13,599 bases of DNA, from NCBI GenBank assembly GCA_016926735.1, contig JAFGOA010000035.1, forward strand, positions 1 to 13,599, read 5' to 3'. Both the position numbers and the translations under genes were made by a program. This DNA comes from Promethearchaeota archaeon (GTDB lineage: Archaea; Asgardarchaeota; Lokiarchaeia; Sigyniarchaeales; SOKP01). How positions within the stretch are numbered: position 1 is the stretch's first letter; every line of letters begins with the position of its first letter. Below the pieces are notes generated by a model that made no database searches, was not told where the DNA came from, and saw nothing but the letters and a program-made list of their open reading frames with translations. Below, piece by piece: positions 1 through 8,805 of this stretch.

Positions 1-130
1 AACAAAATATGATAAGAAATTATAACAGATTAATAAAAAAAAAATTTCATTTTTTATAAATGGAAATTTAATTATAAATCTTAATAATTTAATATTAATA
101 AGATAAATTTACAATAAATAAACGATATAT

Positions 131-1027
131 ATGAAAATTGAAAATTTAAATAATGTAATCACAGCAATGATTACTCCCTTTACTAATGAACTTACTATTG
201 ATGAAAAAAAATATCGAGAATTCATTAAATTTCAAATTAATAATGGATGCCATCTATTAACTATGGGGACAACTGGAGAAAGTGCAACACTCTCTCACCA
301 AGAACATCATATAGCAATTGATATTGCTATTGATGAAGCAAAAAAAAGCAATAAAAATCCATTAGTTATAGCTGGAGCTGGAAGTAATTCGACAAAAGAA
401 GCGATTTCTCTTAGTCAATATGCAGAAAATGCTGGAGTGGATGCAATTTTACATGTAGTGCCATATTACAATAAACCTGAACAACATTCATTGATAGAAC
501 ATTTTTCTGCTATAGCAGATTCTGTATCGATCCCGATTATATTATATAATGTCCCAAGTAGAACTGTAAGAAATTTAGACCCTGAAACTATTTCTACCTT
601 AGCATATAGAAAAGAAAATATAATAGGGATTAAATGCGCTAGTGGAAATCTAGATCAAATAACTCGAATTATTAAATCCACACCTGATGATTTCACTATT
701 TTAAGTGGTGATGATGCTATGACATATCATATAATGGCTCTAGGAGGGAAAGGAGTTATAAGTGTTGCTTCAAATATTATTCCTATGAAAATGGTTGAAT
801 TTACAAGTACCATGCTTCGCGGAGATTGGATCAATGCAAGAAAAATACAACTTAAACTTTATGATCTATTTAAAATACTATTCATAGAAACCAGTCCGGG
901 TCCGGTAAAATATGCTGCTGGATTACTAAATATAATAGAGCCTAGATTAAGATTACCTCTAACTTTACCTTTAGAAGAAAATCAAAAAAAAATCAAAGAT
1001 GTTTTAAATAAATTAGAACTTCTTTAG
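131..1027 (+). CDS. dapA: 4-hydroxy-tetrahydrodipicolinate synthase
   Basis: TAMITPF N-terminus, GTTGES pyruvate-binding motif, PYYNKP, ILYNVPSRT (catalytic Tyr), GIK Schiff-base Lys, LSGDD, GVISV, RLPL; 298 aa; directly upstream of dapB. Confidence 0.95.
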   Translation: MKIENLNNVITAMITPFTNELTIDEKKYREFIKFQINNGCHLLTMGTTGESATLSHQEHHIAIDIAIDEAKKSNKNPLVIAGAGSNSTKEAISLSQYAENAGVDAILHVVPYYNKPEQHSLIEHFSAIADSVSIPIILYNVPSRTVRNLDPETISTLAYRKENIIGIKCASGNLDQITRIIKSTPDDFTILSGDDAMTYHIMALGGKGVISVASNIIPMKMVEFTSTMLRGDWINARKIQLKLYDLFKILFIETSPGPVKYAAGLLNIIEPRLRLPLTLPLEENQKKIKDVLNKLELL

Positions 1028-1039
1028 ATCTAGAATTGA

Positions 1040-1046
1040 GAGGTGA
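1040..1046 (+). promoter_or_regulatory. Shine-Dalgarno sequence of dapB (GAGGTGA)
   Basis: Strong archaeal-type SD 4 nt before TTG 1051. Confidence 0.8.
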
Positions 1047-1050
1047 TATC

Positions 1051-1872
1051 TTGATAGATTTATTAATTTTGGGACCCACAGGCACAGTGGGAAAAATAAT
1101 ATCAGAATTAGCATTAGAGGATAAAGAAATCAACTTGGTCGCAGCATGCGATATCTGTAATATTGGCGATCGATTAGATCAATTCACAAATATTAAAGAT
1201 TCAAATAATATCCTTATTTCAGATATCAAAAATCTTCAAAATATTATTGAATCATCCAAACCCAATGTTGTTGTAGACTTTACTACTGCTAAAGCAACTG
1301 AAAAAAATAGTATAATATGTGCTAAGAATGGAATTCGAACTGTTATTGGAACAACTGGCTTATCAGATGATTTTCTGAATCGATTTGAGGTTTTAATTAA
1401 AGAAAATAATGCTCCTTCAGTTGTATCTTCAAATATGGCTACAGGAATGAATGTTTTTTTTAAAATGTTATCTATAATATCCCCTTACTTAAAAGATTGG
1501 GATATTGAAATAATAGAAAGCCATCATCATAGAAAAATCGATTCTCCAAGCGGTACTGCAATAACCGCGGGAAAAATTGTAAGTAACTCTATTGGAAGTG
1601 ATTTTGAAAAAATTGCTAAATTTGGAAGAAATAAAGGTCCAAATTTAAGAAAAATAGGAGCTCTTAATGAGATTGGATTTCATTCTATAAGAGCTGGAGA
1701 TATTGTTGGAGATCATATTATTCTATATGCTGGTCCTGGAGAAAGAATAGAATTTAAACATCAAGCTCATAATAGATTATGTTTTGCAACCGGTGCTATA
1801 AAAGCAATAAAATTTATTTTTAAAGCAAAAGAAAATAAAATTTATACTTCAAATGAAGTATTAGGATTGTGA
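1051..1872 (+). CDS. dapB: 4-hydroxy-tetrahydrodipicolinate reductase
   Basis: GPTGTVG Rossmann motif, VVDFT, VIGTTG, EIIESHHHRKIDSPSGTA substrate motif, HSIRAGDIVGDH. Start moved from 1036 to the in-frame TTG at 1051 because GAGGTGA lies at 1040-1046. Confidence 0.95.
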   Translation: MIDLLILGPTGTVGKIISELALEDKEINLVAACDICNIGDRLDQFTNIKDSNNILISDIKNLQNIIESSKPNVVVDFTTAKATEKNSIICAKNGIRTVIGTTGLSDDFLNRFEVLIKENNAPSVVSSNMATGMNVFFKMLSIISPYLKDWDIEIIESHHHRKIDSPSGTAITAGKIVSNSIGSDFEKIAKFGRNKGPNLRKIGALNEIGFHSIRAGDIVGDHIILYAGPGERIEFKHQAHNRLCFATGAIKAIKFIFKAKENKIYTSNEVLGL

Positions 1873-1879
1873 GCTATAC

Positions 1880-1888
1880 TTTTTTTTT
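1880..1888 (+). terminator. oligo-T terminator candidate after dapAB
   Basis: T9 run 7 nt after the dapB stop; archaeal intrinsic terminators are U-tracts. The AT-rich background lowers specificity. Confidence 0.5.
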
Positions 1889-1961
1889 ACTTAATTTATT
1901 ATATCCTCAAAAGAATTTATTCGATTAAATACTAATGATAAAAATTATTATTAATTCTTTT

Positions 1962-3275
1962 TTATTTTAGATAAGAGGGAATTAATTGTTTTTTTAAAAG
2001 ATCTTCATTAGTTTCTCTTTTTCTTATAAGATAGTCATATTCACCATTTATTAATACTTCTGAAGATCTTGGACGGGAATTATAAACACTAGACATTGTA
2101 AAACCATACGCTCCAGTATCTAGAATTGCTAAATAATCTTCTTCTTGAAGGATTGGGAGTTCCCTCGATTTTCCAAGAATATCACCTGATTCACAAATTG
2201 GTCCTGTAATATTATATGTTTCTAATTGTCCATTATCTGAATTTTTGCATGGAATAATATGATGATATGAATTATACATAGCAGGTCTAAGAAGAGTATT
2301 AAATCCTGCATTTACACCCACAAATTTTTTAAAACCATTATCTTTTATAGTATTTATTTGAGTTATAATTATACTTGATTCTGCCACCATGAATCTGCCC
2401 GGTTCAAATTTAAATACAGGATTTCCAATATTACCTTTCTTAACTAATTCTGCAAATGGTCTTATTAAATTTTCCTTATAAGCTTCTAGATCGAAAGGTT
2501 CCTGGTTTGGTTTATATGGTATACCTATACTTCCTCCAAAATCTATAAATTCAAAATGGATATTCAGTTTCTTTCCTAAATTATTTATTATCTCTAAATA
2601 TTTCTCAACAGGTTTCTTATAATCTTCTGGATCTAAAATTCCTGAACCAATATGCATATGTGTACCAAAATGTGTAAATCCTGCTTCTTTTGCTTTAGTA
2701 TATGCCTCTAAAACTTGATTATCTAAAATACCAAATTTGATTTCTTTTCCTGCCGTTATAGTATGAGAATGATGACCCGCACCAAACTCTGGATTAATTC
2801 TAAAAGATATTGTTTTCATATCCTTATTTAATTGTTTATGAATTCTAACTAATCTCTTTAATTGACTTATACTATCTAAATTAACATGTATTCCTTTATC
2901 AACAGCATATTTAAATTCATCATTTGTAAACATATTACCTGTGTAAATGATTTTCTCATTAGGAAAACCTGCTTGAAGACTAGCATAAATTTCACCTGCA
3001 GAGGTACAATCAACTCCTGCTCCTTCTGATTTTAAGATTTTTAAAGTTACTAAATGAGAATTTGCTTTTACTGAATAATGAATTTCATTTCTTTTATATT
3101 CTGAATCAATAATTTTCTTTAGATCTCGATATTGTTTTCTAATTCTTTGTTCATTTAAAATATAGAGGGGTGTACCATATTTTTCTGCTAATTCAATTAC
3201 ATCTCTTTCATCAAAATATAATTTATTATCAACATATTTAAGATTTTTATATTCTAACCATTTTTTGTATTCCAT
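1962..3275 (-). CDS. lysA: diaminopimelate decarboxylase
   Basis: YGTPLY, YSVKAN (PLP Lys), RINP, HMHIGS, DFGG, EPGR, GPICESGD, TGAYG, YNSRPR; SD-like AAGGGT upstream; follows dapF. Confidence 0.95.
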   Translation of the reverse strand: MEYKKWLEYKNLKYVDNKLYFDERDVIELAEKYGTPLYILNEQRIRKQYRDLKKIIDSEYKRNEIHYSVKANSHLVTLKILKSEGAGVDCTSAGEIYASLQAGFPNEKIIYTGNMFTNDEFKYAVDKGIHVNLDSISQLKRLVRIHKQLNKDMKTISFRINPEFGAGHHSHTITAGKEIKFGILDNQVLEAYTKAKEAGFTHFGTHMHIGSGILDPEDYKKPVEKYLEIINNLGKKLNIHFEFIDFGGSIGIPYKPNQEPFDLEAYKENLIRPFAELVKKGNIGNPVFKFEPGRFMVAESSIIITQINTIKDNGFKKFVGVNAGFNTLLRPAMYNSYHHIIPCKNSDNGQLETYNITGPICESGDILGKSRELPILQEEDYLAILDTGAYGFTMSSVYNSRPRSSEVLINGEYDYLIRKRETNEDLLKKQLIPSYLK

Positions 3276-3316
3276 TTATATTACCCTTATCTTTAAAACC
3301 ATCTTTTTTTTATATT

Positions 3317-4195
3317 TCAAATTTTTATTTGATTAATGTTGCCTATAAATACCTTTTTTATAGGTCCTTCCATTAATACGTTTTCTCCCGTATAGGTGAT
3401 TAATAGATCACCGCCATCATTATGGACGATTACTTGATTATTTTTATTAAATTTACCTAAAATACAACCTGCAACAACAGCCGCACAACTACCTGTTCCA
3501 CAAGAATTAGTAATTCCGACTCCTCTTTCAAAAACTCTAAAAATACATTCATTATTTGAAATTACTTGAACAAACTCTACATTTGTTTTTTTTGGAAATA
3601 TTTTATGATTTTCAATTAAAGCACCATATTTATTTAGATCATTGTCATTTAATTGCTCTTCTAAAAAGATTACTGCATGAGGATTACCCATTGATACTGC
3701 TGAAAAATTAAAAATTTTATCCAATACAACTATTGGTTCATTAATACATTCTAATTTATCATCTTCTAAATTTACGGGTATATCCTCACAATTTAAAATC
3801 GGTGCTCCCATATCAATTTCAACACTTCTTACTATTTTACTATATTTGTTTTTAAATCTTAATTTCGCTATGATTATTCCTTTTAGTGTATCTACTTTAA
3901 TAATTTCTTTATCAACAATACTATGTTCATAAATATATTTTGAAAAACATCGGATTCCATTACCACACATTTCTGCTTCTGAGCCATCACTATTAAAAAT
4001 TCTCATTTTAATATCTGCTTTGTCGGAAATATTAACATATATTAATCCATCAGCTCCAATTGAAAAATTTCTTTTACATAATTTTTTGGCTAAACCAGAT
4101 TTTTTCTCCTCAGGAATTTTTAATATAATATCATTTAGAATTATATAATCATTTCCTAAACCATGATATTTCTCAAAATCGATATTATTTAACAT
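3317..4195 (-). CDS. dapF: diaminopimelate epimerase
   Basis: KYHGLGNDY, IGADG, FNSDGSEAEMCGNG and ERGVGITNSCGTG (both catalytic Cys), SMGNPH, TNVEF. ATG 4195 is preferred to TTG 4216 because the conserved region begins just after it. Confidence 0.95.
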   Translation of the reverse strand: MLNNIDFEKYHGLGNDYIILNDIILKIPEEKKSGLAKKLCKRNFSIGADGLIYVNISDKADIKMRIFNSDGSEAEMCGNGIRCFSKYIYEHSIVDKEIIKVDTLKGIIIAKLRFKNKYSKIVRSVEIDMGAPILNCEDIPVNLEDDKLECINEPIVVLDKIFNFSAVSMGNPHAVIFLEEQLNDNDLNKYGALIENHKIFPKKTNVEFVQVISNNECIFRVFERGVGITNSCGTGSCAAVVAGCILGKFNKNNQVIVHNDGGDLLITYTGENVLMEGPIKKVFIGNINQIKI

Positions 4196-4269
4196 ATTTG
4201 CATTCAAAATAAACAATTAATTTCCAATTTTTGGTTAATAAAATAGTAAGATATATATATTATTAAAAC

Positions 4270-4306
4270 TATATAAAAATTATGTCTGTCAATGACACTC
4301 TGACAC
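4270..4306 (+). promoter_or_regulatory. TATA box plus palindromic operator upstream of the TrmB-like gene
   Basis: TATATAAA at 4270-4277; inverted repeat TGTCA-A-TGACA at 4287-4297; direct repeat TGACAC at 4293-4298 and 4301-4306; extra TGTC at 4283-4286. Confidence 0.55.
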
Positions 4307-4315
4307 ATTGATGTT

Positions 4316-5266
4316 ATGAATGCAACCTTTAAAAATAAAGAAGAAAATCTTATAGAAATTCTTCAAAAAACAGGTCTGAGCTATAATGAAGCTCTAATAT
4401 ATTTTACTCTTTTAAGATCAGGAGATAAAGGCAGTATTGTAAAAGAATTAGCTCACACATTACCACTTCAAAGAACAAATATATATTCAATCCTCCATAA
4501 GCTAATAGAATTAAATTGTGTTAAAGAGAGTGGTTTTGCAGAAAAATCTAAAAATGCAACTATATTTATAGCTGTAGATCCAATAGATTATTTGAATAAT
4601 TTAATCAGAATTAAACAAAATGATTTAAATAAAATAAAAGATATCCAAGATAATTATTCCAATGAATTACATTCTATTTTTTCGGAAGGAATGGAATTTT
4701 CTTATGATGAAATTGATATAAGTTTACAACCTTATTTAAAACCTTTATTAGAGAAGGGATGGAAGATTAAATCATATTTTGAAAGAAAAGAATCCTTAAT
4801 GTTATATTATAAAGTATTTGATTGTATGCTTTTCACACAAAGAGCAAAAATATTAAAAGATTGTAGTTTCCATTTATTTATATTTGATTATTCTATTGAA
4901 GAAGATGAAAATGCATTTTTATTCTTTTTACAAGCTCTAAAAAGAAAAACTACGGAAATGAAATCATATTTCTTTGATATCACAAAATTTAAATTATTCG
5001 ATGATTCAATAGAACTTTTAGAAAAAAAGTATCATATTTTTATAATGAAGATTCGAGTGGAAGATATCAAGAATTCTGATTATTTTAAAAATAATTCTAA
5101 AGCTTTTTGGGATATTGAAAAATTAAAATCAGATGATTTTTATGAAATTGGAAAAGCAATAATTTTACCTATAAAAGAAAAGATATTCTATTTATGGGCA
5201 GAATCAAATTCAATTTTGATGGAAATGATTGAACCTATTTTGAATTTAGAATATGAGCCTAGATAA
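4316..5266 (+). CDS. TrmB-family winged-HTH transcriptional regulator with unrecognised C-terminal domain
   Basis: N-terminal LQKTGLSYNEALIYFTLL...VKELAHTLPLQRTNIYSILHKLIELNCV...FIAVDP matches the TrmB DNA-binding domain pattern, followed by a coiled-coil-like linker. Confidence 0.75.
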   Translation: MNATFKNKEENLIEILQKTGLSYNEALIYFTLLRSGDKGSIVKELAHTLPLQRTNIYSILHKLIELNCVKESGFAEKSKNATIFIAVDPIDYLNNLIRIKQNDLNKIKDIQDNYSNELHSIFSEGMEFSYDEIDISLQPYLKPLLEKGWKIKSYFERKESLMLYYKVFDCMLFTQRAKILKDCSFHLFIFDYSIEEDENAFLFFLQALKRKTTEMKSYFFDITKFKLFDDSIELLEKKYHIFIMKIRVEDIKNSDYFKNNSKAFWDIEKLKSDDFYEIGKAIILPIKEKIFYLWAESNSILMEMIEPILNLEYEPR

Positions 5267-5324
5267 CAATTTTTGATTAGAAAAAATCATTTTACTGAAT
5301 GCAGGAAGTATAGAGGAGATTTAT

Positions 5325-5351
5325 ACCAGAAAGTCAATTAATTTATGAATT
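5325..5351 (+). repeat. intergenic repeat copy B (ACCAGAAAGTCA-ATTAA-TTTA-TGAATT)
   Basis: 12-mer identical to 12684-12695, with TTTA at the same 5-nt spacing and an imperfect stem around it. Confidence 0.45.
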
Positions 5352-5405
5352 ATGAAATATTATTTTTCTTAATAAAAAGGTTTTTATACTAATTGGTAAT
5401 GATTT

Positions 5406-6677
5406 ATGGGACTTACTATCACAGAAAAAATTTTGAGAGACCATTCAGATAATAAAAATGCTGTTGCAGGAGATATCGTATTAGCTAAGATAGATAAATG
5501 TCTTGGAAATGATATCACCGCTCCAATTTCAATTAATGTTTTTGAAGAAATAATTAAAGGAACAAATAAAGGTGTTTTTGATAAAGATAAAATTATACTT
5601 ACTCCAGATCATTTTACTCCAAATAAAGATGTAGCTTCTGCTATTCAAAGTAAGATGCTTAAAGATTTTGCCTATAAATATAATTTATCAAATTATTTTG
5701 AAATGGGTAGAGTAGGTATTGAGCATTGTTTAATACCCCAAGAACGGCTTGTTTTACCTGGAGAAGTATTTATTGGAGCAGATTCTCATACATGTACTTA
5801 TGGAGCTTTAGGAGCTTTTTCAACAGGAGTAGGATCTACAGATCTTGGAGTTGCTATGGTACTTGGTAAATGTTGGTTTAAAATACCAGAATCTATTAAA
5901 TTTATCTATTCTGGAACTTTAAATAAATGGGTCTCTGGCAAAGATTTAATTCTTTATACAATTGGAAAGATTGGGGTAGATGGTGCAACATATAATGCTA
6001 TGGAATTTACTGGTGAAGTAATAGAACATTTATCAATGGCAAGTCGATTTACTATGTGTAATATGGCGATAGAAGCTGGAGGAAAAAATGGTATAGTCGC
6101 TCCTGATAAAATCACAAAAGATTATCTTAAAGATATTAATGAAAGTAATTATCGAATTTATTCGAGTGATAGAGATGCCCAATATGATAATATTATTGAA
6201 TTTAACTGCTCAGAAATTGAACCTCAAGTTGCATTACCACATCTGCCAGAAAATGCAAAACCCATTTCTGAAGTACATAATATGCAAATCGAAATAGATC
6301 AAGTAGTTATTGGTTCATGTACTAATGGAAGATTAGAAGATCTTGAGGTCGCTGCAAGAATCATTGGAAGAAATAAAATAAATCCTAGAATTAGATGTAT
6401 AATAATACCTGGTACACAAGAAATATATTTGGAAGCTCTTAAAAAAGGATATGTTGAATTATTTATAAAAAGTGGTGCTGTTGTATCAACTCCTACTTGT
6501 GGACCTTGTCTTGGGGGTCATATGGGGATACTAGCTCCAAATGAAAAAGCACTATCAACGACTAATAGAAATTTTTTAGGTAGAATGGGTCATATTGAAA
6601 GTGAAATATACCTAGCAAGTCCAGCAATTGCAGCTGCATCTGCTATTAAGGGATATATTACTTCTCCTGATTATTAA
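5406..6677 (+). CDS. leuC: 3-isopropylmalate dehydratase large subunit (archaeal/clostridial LeuC-HacA-DmdA type)
   Basis: TITEKIL, PDH, GIEH, GADSHTCTYGALG, NMAIEAG, [4Fe-4S] ligands GSCTNGR and CGPCLG, STTNRNFLGRMG, YLASP; 423 aa short form. Homoaconitase cannot be excluded. Confidence 0.85.
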   Translation: MGLTITEKILRDHSDNKNAVAGDIVLAKIDKCLGNDITAPISINVFEEIIKGTNKGVFDKDKIILTPDHFTPNKDVASAIQSKMLKDFAYKYNLSNYFEMGRVGIEHCLIPQERLVLPGEVFIGADSHTCTYGALGAFSTGVGSTDLGVAMVLGKCWFKIPESIKFIYSGTLNKWVSGKDLILYTIGKIGVDGATYNAMEFTGEVIEHLSMASRFTMCNMAIEAGGKNGIVAPDKITKDYLKDINESNYRIYSSDRDAQYDNIIEFNCSEIEPQVALPHLPENAKPISEVHNMQIEIDQVVIGSCTNGRLEDLEVAARIIGRNKINPRIRCIIIPGTQEIYLEALKKGYVELFIKSGAVVSTPTCGPCLGGHMGILAPNEKALSTTNRNFLGRMGHIESEIYLASPAIAAASAIKGYITSPDY

Positions 6678-6707
6678 AACTATAAAAATAAAAAAAGGTT
6701 TAAAAAA

Positions 6708-7205
6708 ATGAATGGTATTGTATTAAAATATAATCAAAAAAACATAAATACAGATCTTATTATACCAGCAAGATATCTAACTAATTCAGATTCACAACAT
6801 TTAGCTAGTCATTGTATGGAAGATCTTGATCGTAATTTTAAACAAAAGAAAGAAGAATTGAATGCAACTATAATAGTTGCTGATTCTAATTTTGGTTGTG
6901 GTTCTAGTAGAGAACAAGCACCAATAGCATTAAAAACTGCTGGTGTTAAATGTATTATTGCTCCTTCTTATGCAAGGATTTTCTATCGAAATGCAATTAA
7001 TATTGGATTACCTATAATTGAATTTCAAGATATATCAATGATCAACACCGGAGATGAGTTGGAAATTAACTTTAATGAGGGTAATTTAAAAAATATTACA
7101 AATGCCTCTGAATTTAAGATCAATAAAATGCCAAAATTCTTACAGGAAATTATCTCAATTGGTGGATTAGTAAATTATGCAAAAAAAAAAATTTTAGAAA
7201 AATAA
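6708..7205 (+). CDS. leuD: 3-isopropylmalate dehydratase small subunit
   Basis: NINTDLIIPARYL, NFGCGSSREQA, SYARIFYRNAINIGLP, C-terminal GGL; directly after leuC with SD-like AAGGT. Confidence 0.85.
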   Translation: MNGIVLKYNQKNINTDLIIPARYLTNSDSQHLASHCMEDLDRNFKQKKEELNATIIVADSNFGCGSSREQAPIALKTAGVKCIIAPSYARIFYRNAINIGLPIIEFQDISMINTGDELEINFNEGNLKNITNASEFKINKMPKFLQEIISIGGLVNYAKKKILEK

Positions 7206-7262
7206 ATATAGTTTTATTATTTTCATTATCTAAAAAATATCTGATTAAAAACTCGGAATGTT

Positions 7263-7796
7263 ATGAAATATAAAAAAATCACTATCTTTATTATTTTATT
7301 CTCTTTTTTAATCCCTATATACAACATAAAAGGACAAATATTTCCTAATGGATATAGGGATATACATTCTTTAGACGAAAGAGAAACACTATTTTATTTG
7401 GTTGACTTAAATACTGCCTCTAATATTCAAATTAGGCTAACTCGTTTAAATTATGGAAATTTTTCAATATTTCTTTTTGAAAACAGGCCTACTCAAACTT
7501 ATATTACTTCAGATGGTCAAATAAATCCTAATATTTATATAAATACAGGATATATCAATCATAGCATTGGAATTAAACCATATATTAACCAAACTGTTGG
7601 AGAAACAAAAATCTATTATATTCAAATAACTTTACTGAATAATGGATCAGATACGTTTATATTAGATGCGAACAAGGATTTATCTCGTTATTATATACCA
7701 ATAATTCCGGGATATCCAATAGAATATCTTATTGGTTTTAGTTTTTTAACAATTATATTTGTAATTTTGTTAATTAAAAAAAAAAGTAGGAAATAA
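7263..7796 (+). CDS. exported surface protein with Loki-CTERM-like sorting signal
   Basis: N-terminal signal peptide (MKYKK plus hydrophobic stretch); beta-rich body; C-terminal IPGY motif, hydrophobic helix and KKKSRK basic tail. Confidence 0.75.
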   Translation: MKYKKITIFIILFSFLIPIYNIKGQIFPNGYRDIHSLDERETLFYLVDLNTASNIQIRLTRLNYGNFSIFLFENRPTQTYITSDGQINPNIYINTGYINHSIGIKPYINQTVGETKIYYIQITLLNNGSDTFILDANKDLSRYYIPIIPGYPIEYLIGFSFLTIIFVILLIKKKSRK

Positions 7797-7831
7797 CTAA
7801 TTACTATATTTTCTATTTTTAAAATAATATT

Positions 7832-8805
7832 TTAATTTGTACCCTCCCATCCTGCTAATATTGCAAACAAATACCATGCTCCATAACCTTTCATATTTGC
7901 ATTTAATGGAAAAGAATGTGCTGCTCCACAATCAAACCATTCTCCTCCATTTGTATATATATCTACACCATTATGAGAACTTTGCCAGTCTAATGCCCAA
8001 TTTGCATCAGAAAATTCTATAATATTATCACCATCACTATCATAGGTACAATTATCAAGTGCATATAAATTTCGAAAATAATTGTTGTCAGGATCATAAC
8101 TTTCTATATCTGCAAAATCATAGAGTATTTTATTATTAGCTATGCAGTAATTTCTGATCATTTGATTATAATAATAAACATCTCCTTCTTCTCCTCCTCC
8201 GTTTAAATGTCCAGTCATATAAACAAATTTGATACTTGGATAATCTATTTCTAATTGATTCATACTTGTTAAATATTCATTAATAGAATCATTATTAGTT
8301 GTTAATGAGCACCAAGACCATATTACAACATTATATTCCTGATTATTATGAATAAATTGTTTCGTTGTGTCATCAAAATCATCTGTGTTATCTGAAAGAT
8401 GGTTTTCTTCCCAAGAATTAGATGGTTCATAAAGATGTAGGGAATTGTCACTTTCTTGTCCGCTGAAATCATATGTTCCATTATTTCCCATGAATGCTCT
8501 TAAACCTTGCATTCCCGTAATCAATTGACTACCATGAGAAGTATGCCAGTAAGCTATATGAAGTAAATTTTTGGAAATATTTATCCATTCTATTGGAATA
8601 CTTATAAAATCATCGAGATGTGCATTTGTATGATTTATTATATTGATTGGACTATTTGTATACAATGGATTTATTGGATTATATGTTGGAAGGGGATTCT
8701 CAGAATTAGTAAGATTCAAATAAACAGCAGTAATTCCAATTGTTGATATTCCAAGAATACTTATTAATAATACTACAATTGAATTTTTTTTAATATTTTT
8801 AACAT
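7832..8805 (-). CDS. membrane-anchored/exported protein, possible SGNH-hydrolase-like fold; start uncertain
   Basis: HTSHGSQL, VVIWSWC, FVYMTGH, LYDFADIESYDPD, AHS motifs. The frame is open upstream of 8719 and encodes KKNSIVVLLISILGISTIGITAVY. The nearest ATG (8805) is out of frame by one base across an A8 run; an in-frame ATT lies at 8794. Confidence 0.65.

Noticed and set aside
1870-1872. TGA stops of dapB, dapF (3317) and the last ORF (12717) as possible selenocysteine codons
   Set aside because: The dapB and dapF TGAs fall at the expected C-termini, in-frame stops follow shortly for dapB and the last ORF, and none is in a redox motif. DsrE and TusA use Cys codons.
5267-5341. 24 open codons after the TAA stop of the TrmB-like gene (possible read-through)
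   Set aside because: TAA is not a recoded codon and an open stretch this short is expected by chance.
7837-8022. 61-aa plus-strand ORF
   Set aside because: Antisense shadow inside a longer ORF with conserved-looking motifs; no recognisable features.
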